From NCBI GenBank assembly GCA_977862235.1, contig OZ374565.1, positions 496,001 through 560,000 on the forward strand: a stretch of 64,000 nt of DNA, given 5' to 3'. This document shows positions 62,239-64,000 of the stretch, in pieces (the stretch's first letter is position 1; each line of letters begins with the position of its first letter). The position numbers and the translations under genes are program-made. Source of the DNA: Dudresnaya verticillata. Taxonomy: Eukaryota. The notes beneath the pieces are model-generated. The model saw only the letters and a program-made list of their open reading frames with translations, was not told the DNA's origin and did no database searches.

Positions 62239-62439
62239 ATGTGTGTGTGTGTGTGGGTGTGTGGGTGTGGGTGTGTGGGTGTGGGTGGGTTGGTGGGTGG
62301 GTGGGTGCAGCGCCACTTCGTGTGGGGCGCCAGATTTCAATTCGGCTGCCCTATCCTAACCCCCTTCAGCCGCTCTCCATCACGCTCCTCGAAAAACCAC
62401 CTCAACTCGACTTTCGACTTCAACCGGTATTCGAGGAAA

Positions 62440-63006
62440 ATGGACAAGGACAAGAAGCAGTGTGGCTGCTGCTGCAAGAAGCGCTGCCGTTCTTCCAAGG
62501 ATGAGCGATTTCCGAAGAGCGAGAAGAAGCAGCCGATCATTGCCGGATCGGCCAAGAAAGGGAAAGGGGAGCCCTCCCGTCGGTCTATCACTACTCTCAA
62601 CACTACGCAACTGAATGAGTGGGCCAACAAGCTGATTTCACTCATCAACAAAGACCGTGCCAAGGCAAATCTCGCCCCAGTTCGGTTGAGCTCTACTCTC
62701 ACCATTGCTGCGAAGAAGCACACGGAGTACCAGGCGGGGAAGCAAATTTTATCGGGCAGGGGTGGAACTAGAGTTTGTGATAGGGTCAAGACGGAGGGGT
62801 ACGTGTTCTGGAAAGTCGGTGAGAATGTGGCGTTAGGTAGCCCCACGCCAGAGCGAGTGCATGAAATATTCATGAACTCGCCTGGACACCGTGCCATATG
62901 TCTACTTCCAGAGGCTGTTGACTTTGGAATGTACGTGTGCAAGGACGGGAATGACCGGTTCCACTGGACTGAGATCTTCGGCAAGCGTATGCGTGGAAGC
63001 TGTTAA
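62440..63006 (+). CDS. CAP/SCP domain protein (188 aa), duplicate of 27543-28115
   Basis: Near-identical to the 27543 copy but with a 6-bp in-frame deletion (ILSHMGR to ILSGR). Confidence 0.85.
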   Translation: MDKDKKQCGCCCKKRCRSSKDERFPKSEKKQPIIAGSAKKGKGEPSRRSITTLNTTQLNEWANKLISLINKDRAKANLAPVRLSSTLTIAAKKHTEYQAGKQILSGRGGTRVCDRVKTEGYVFWKVGENVALGSPTPERVHEIFMNSPGHRAICLLPEAVDFGMYVCKDGNDRFHWTEIFGKRMRGSC

Positions 63007-63800
63007 ATTGTGTAGCTTCCCTATCGCGTTGCACATACGCGTATGTCGTAGAAAGAGAGACCTTTATTAAAGAAGAAGAGAGAAGCCCCTTAAGGGGAGC
63101 TACCGTAAAGAGGCGGTGGAGCTAGCTTCCGGCGATTGACACTCACCGTGACGCAGTGTACAAGAAAAGAGAGTAAACGAGTAGTGAGGCGTAGTTTCTC
63201 CGTAGACGGAGAGGACCCGCACTTGCGGCAACGAAATTAGCAATACGTTGGGCGCTAAGCTCAAAGCCGGATCTAACATGGCCAAATAGAACGGGGGCTG
63301 ACGACCGAGACATCAAATCCATGGGGGTGTGGGGCAAAGCCACGATCATCAACGAAAATATCCATACGCAGCTGGTGTACAGTCGTACGCATCATGTTCT
63401 TGTGTAGGGAGCTCCCGTTCCCCGCTTCCATGAGCGTAGATTCAGCGACCGCACGTGCACACACAAACACAGGCTCTAGTGTCGCCGGGCGCCGCACCCC
63501 GCCTCTTGGGCCCGTGCGCTTGCCCTGATGAGGTTCACCTTTCACACCCGACGCGTCGTCGCTCGCCGCTCTATCACGGAGCTCCACCATCGCAGGTACT
63601 TGATCTGCTCCCCCTGTCACCCACAGTCGCACAATTCGCACGCCAGGTCCCATTCAACGCCCCTTTAGCCGCAAGTTCGACCGCCCGCTACCTCCGCCTG
63701 CTGCTCGCCTCTACCAACTCTCGCCCTGCCCCACGCCCCCGGACGCCGCAGCCCCCTAGCCAATCCCCGCCAATCACGTTGGCGCAGCGACACACGAAGT

Positions 63801-64000
63801 ATGGACCCGGTCCCGTGCGCATCCTTGCGCGAGCAGCTCGGGAATATATCAGATCAAGTTTGGGGGCGCACGTCGGAGAGCAACATTGTTCAGTCCCTTC
63901 CCGTTGAAGAATCCCTTGCTGTGGTCAAGCTGGCCCTGTCGGATGGCAGAACCTACCTCAGCGACCTCCTTGATCAAGAGATCTATAACTACCGCATGCT
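63801..64000 (+). CDS. 5' part of the duplicated kinase-like ORF (runs off the window)
   Basis: atggacccggtcccgtgc... = MDPVPCASLREQ..., copy of 25916-26566. Confidence 0.6.
   Translation, partial: MDPVPCASLREQLGNISDQVWGRTSESNIVQSLPVEESLAVVKLALSDGRTYLSDLLDQEIYNYRM

Larger units (their letters stand above)
58253..64000. repeat. Arm 2 of inverted segmental duplication B
   Basis: Reverse complement of 26367-31474 plus a LINE insertion and an expanded (GT)n. Confidence 0.95.

Noticed and set aside
1..64000. tRNA, rRNA or telomeric repeats
   Set aside because: None recognised by eye; a covariance-model search was not possible.

Overview
Eukaryotic, repeat-rich nuclear DNA. A short GT-AG intron with a CTAAC branch point, otherwise intron-poor genes and the gene/TE mix suggest a red alga, but that is inference only. 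Contents: (1) a decayed Ty3/gypsy chromovirus-like LTR retrotransposon (9719-19492) carrying three nested insertions; (2) a Ty1/copia element (41898-47283) with a nested solo LTR; (3) several fragments of one LINE family; (4) two multi-kb inverted segmental duplications (2337-6404 vs 53039-56689; 26367-31474 vs 58253-64000) that duplicate a secreted double-VWA/mucin-like gene, CAP-domain genes and an atypical kinase-like ORF; (5) a methyltransferase gene, a Gly/His-rich repeat protein, and broken fragments of RRP5 and a probable Sec7 ARF-GEF. The most unusual object is a 2.9-kb insertion (13249-16146) made of two copies of one LTR in INVERTED orientation, each followed inward by a PBS, flanked by a perfect 5-bp target-site duplication. 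Its left arm has the extent expected of plus-strand strong-stop DNA. Other highlights: a LINE family whose 3' junctions all abut CACA, divergence between the VWA paralogs concentrated around the MIDAS loops of the first domain, and complementary loss of conserved residues in the CAP paralogs. All alignments and counts were done by eye.
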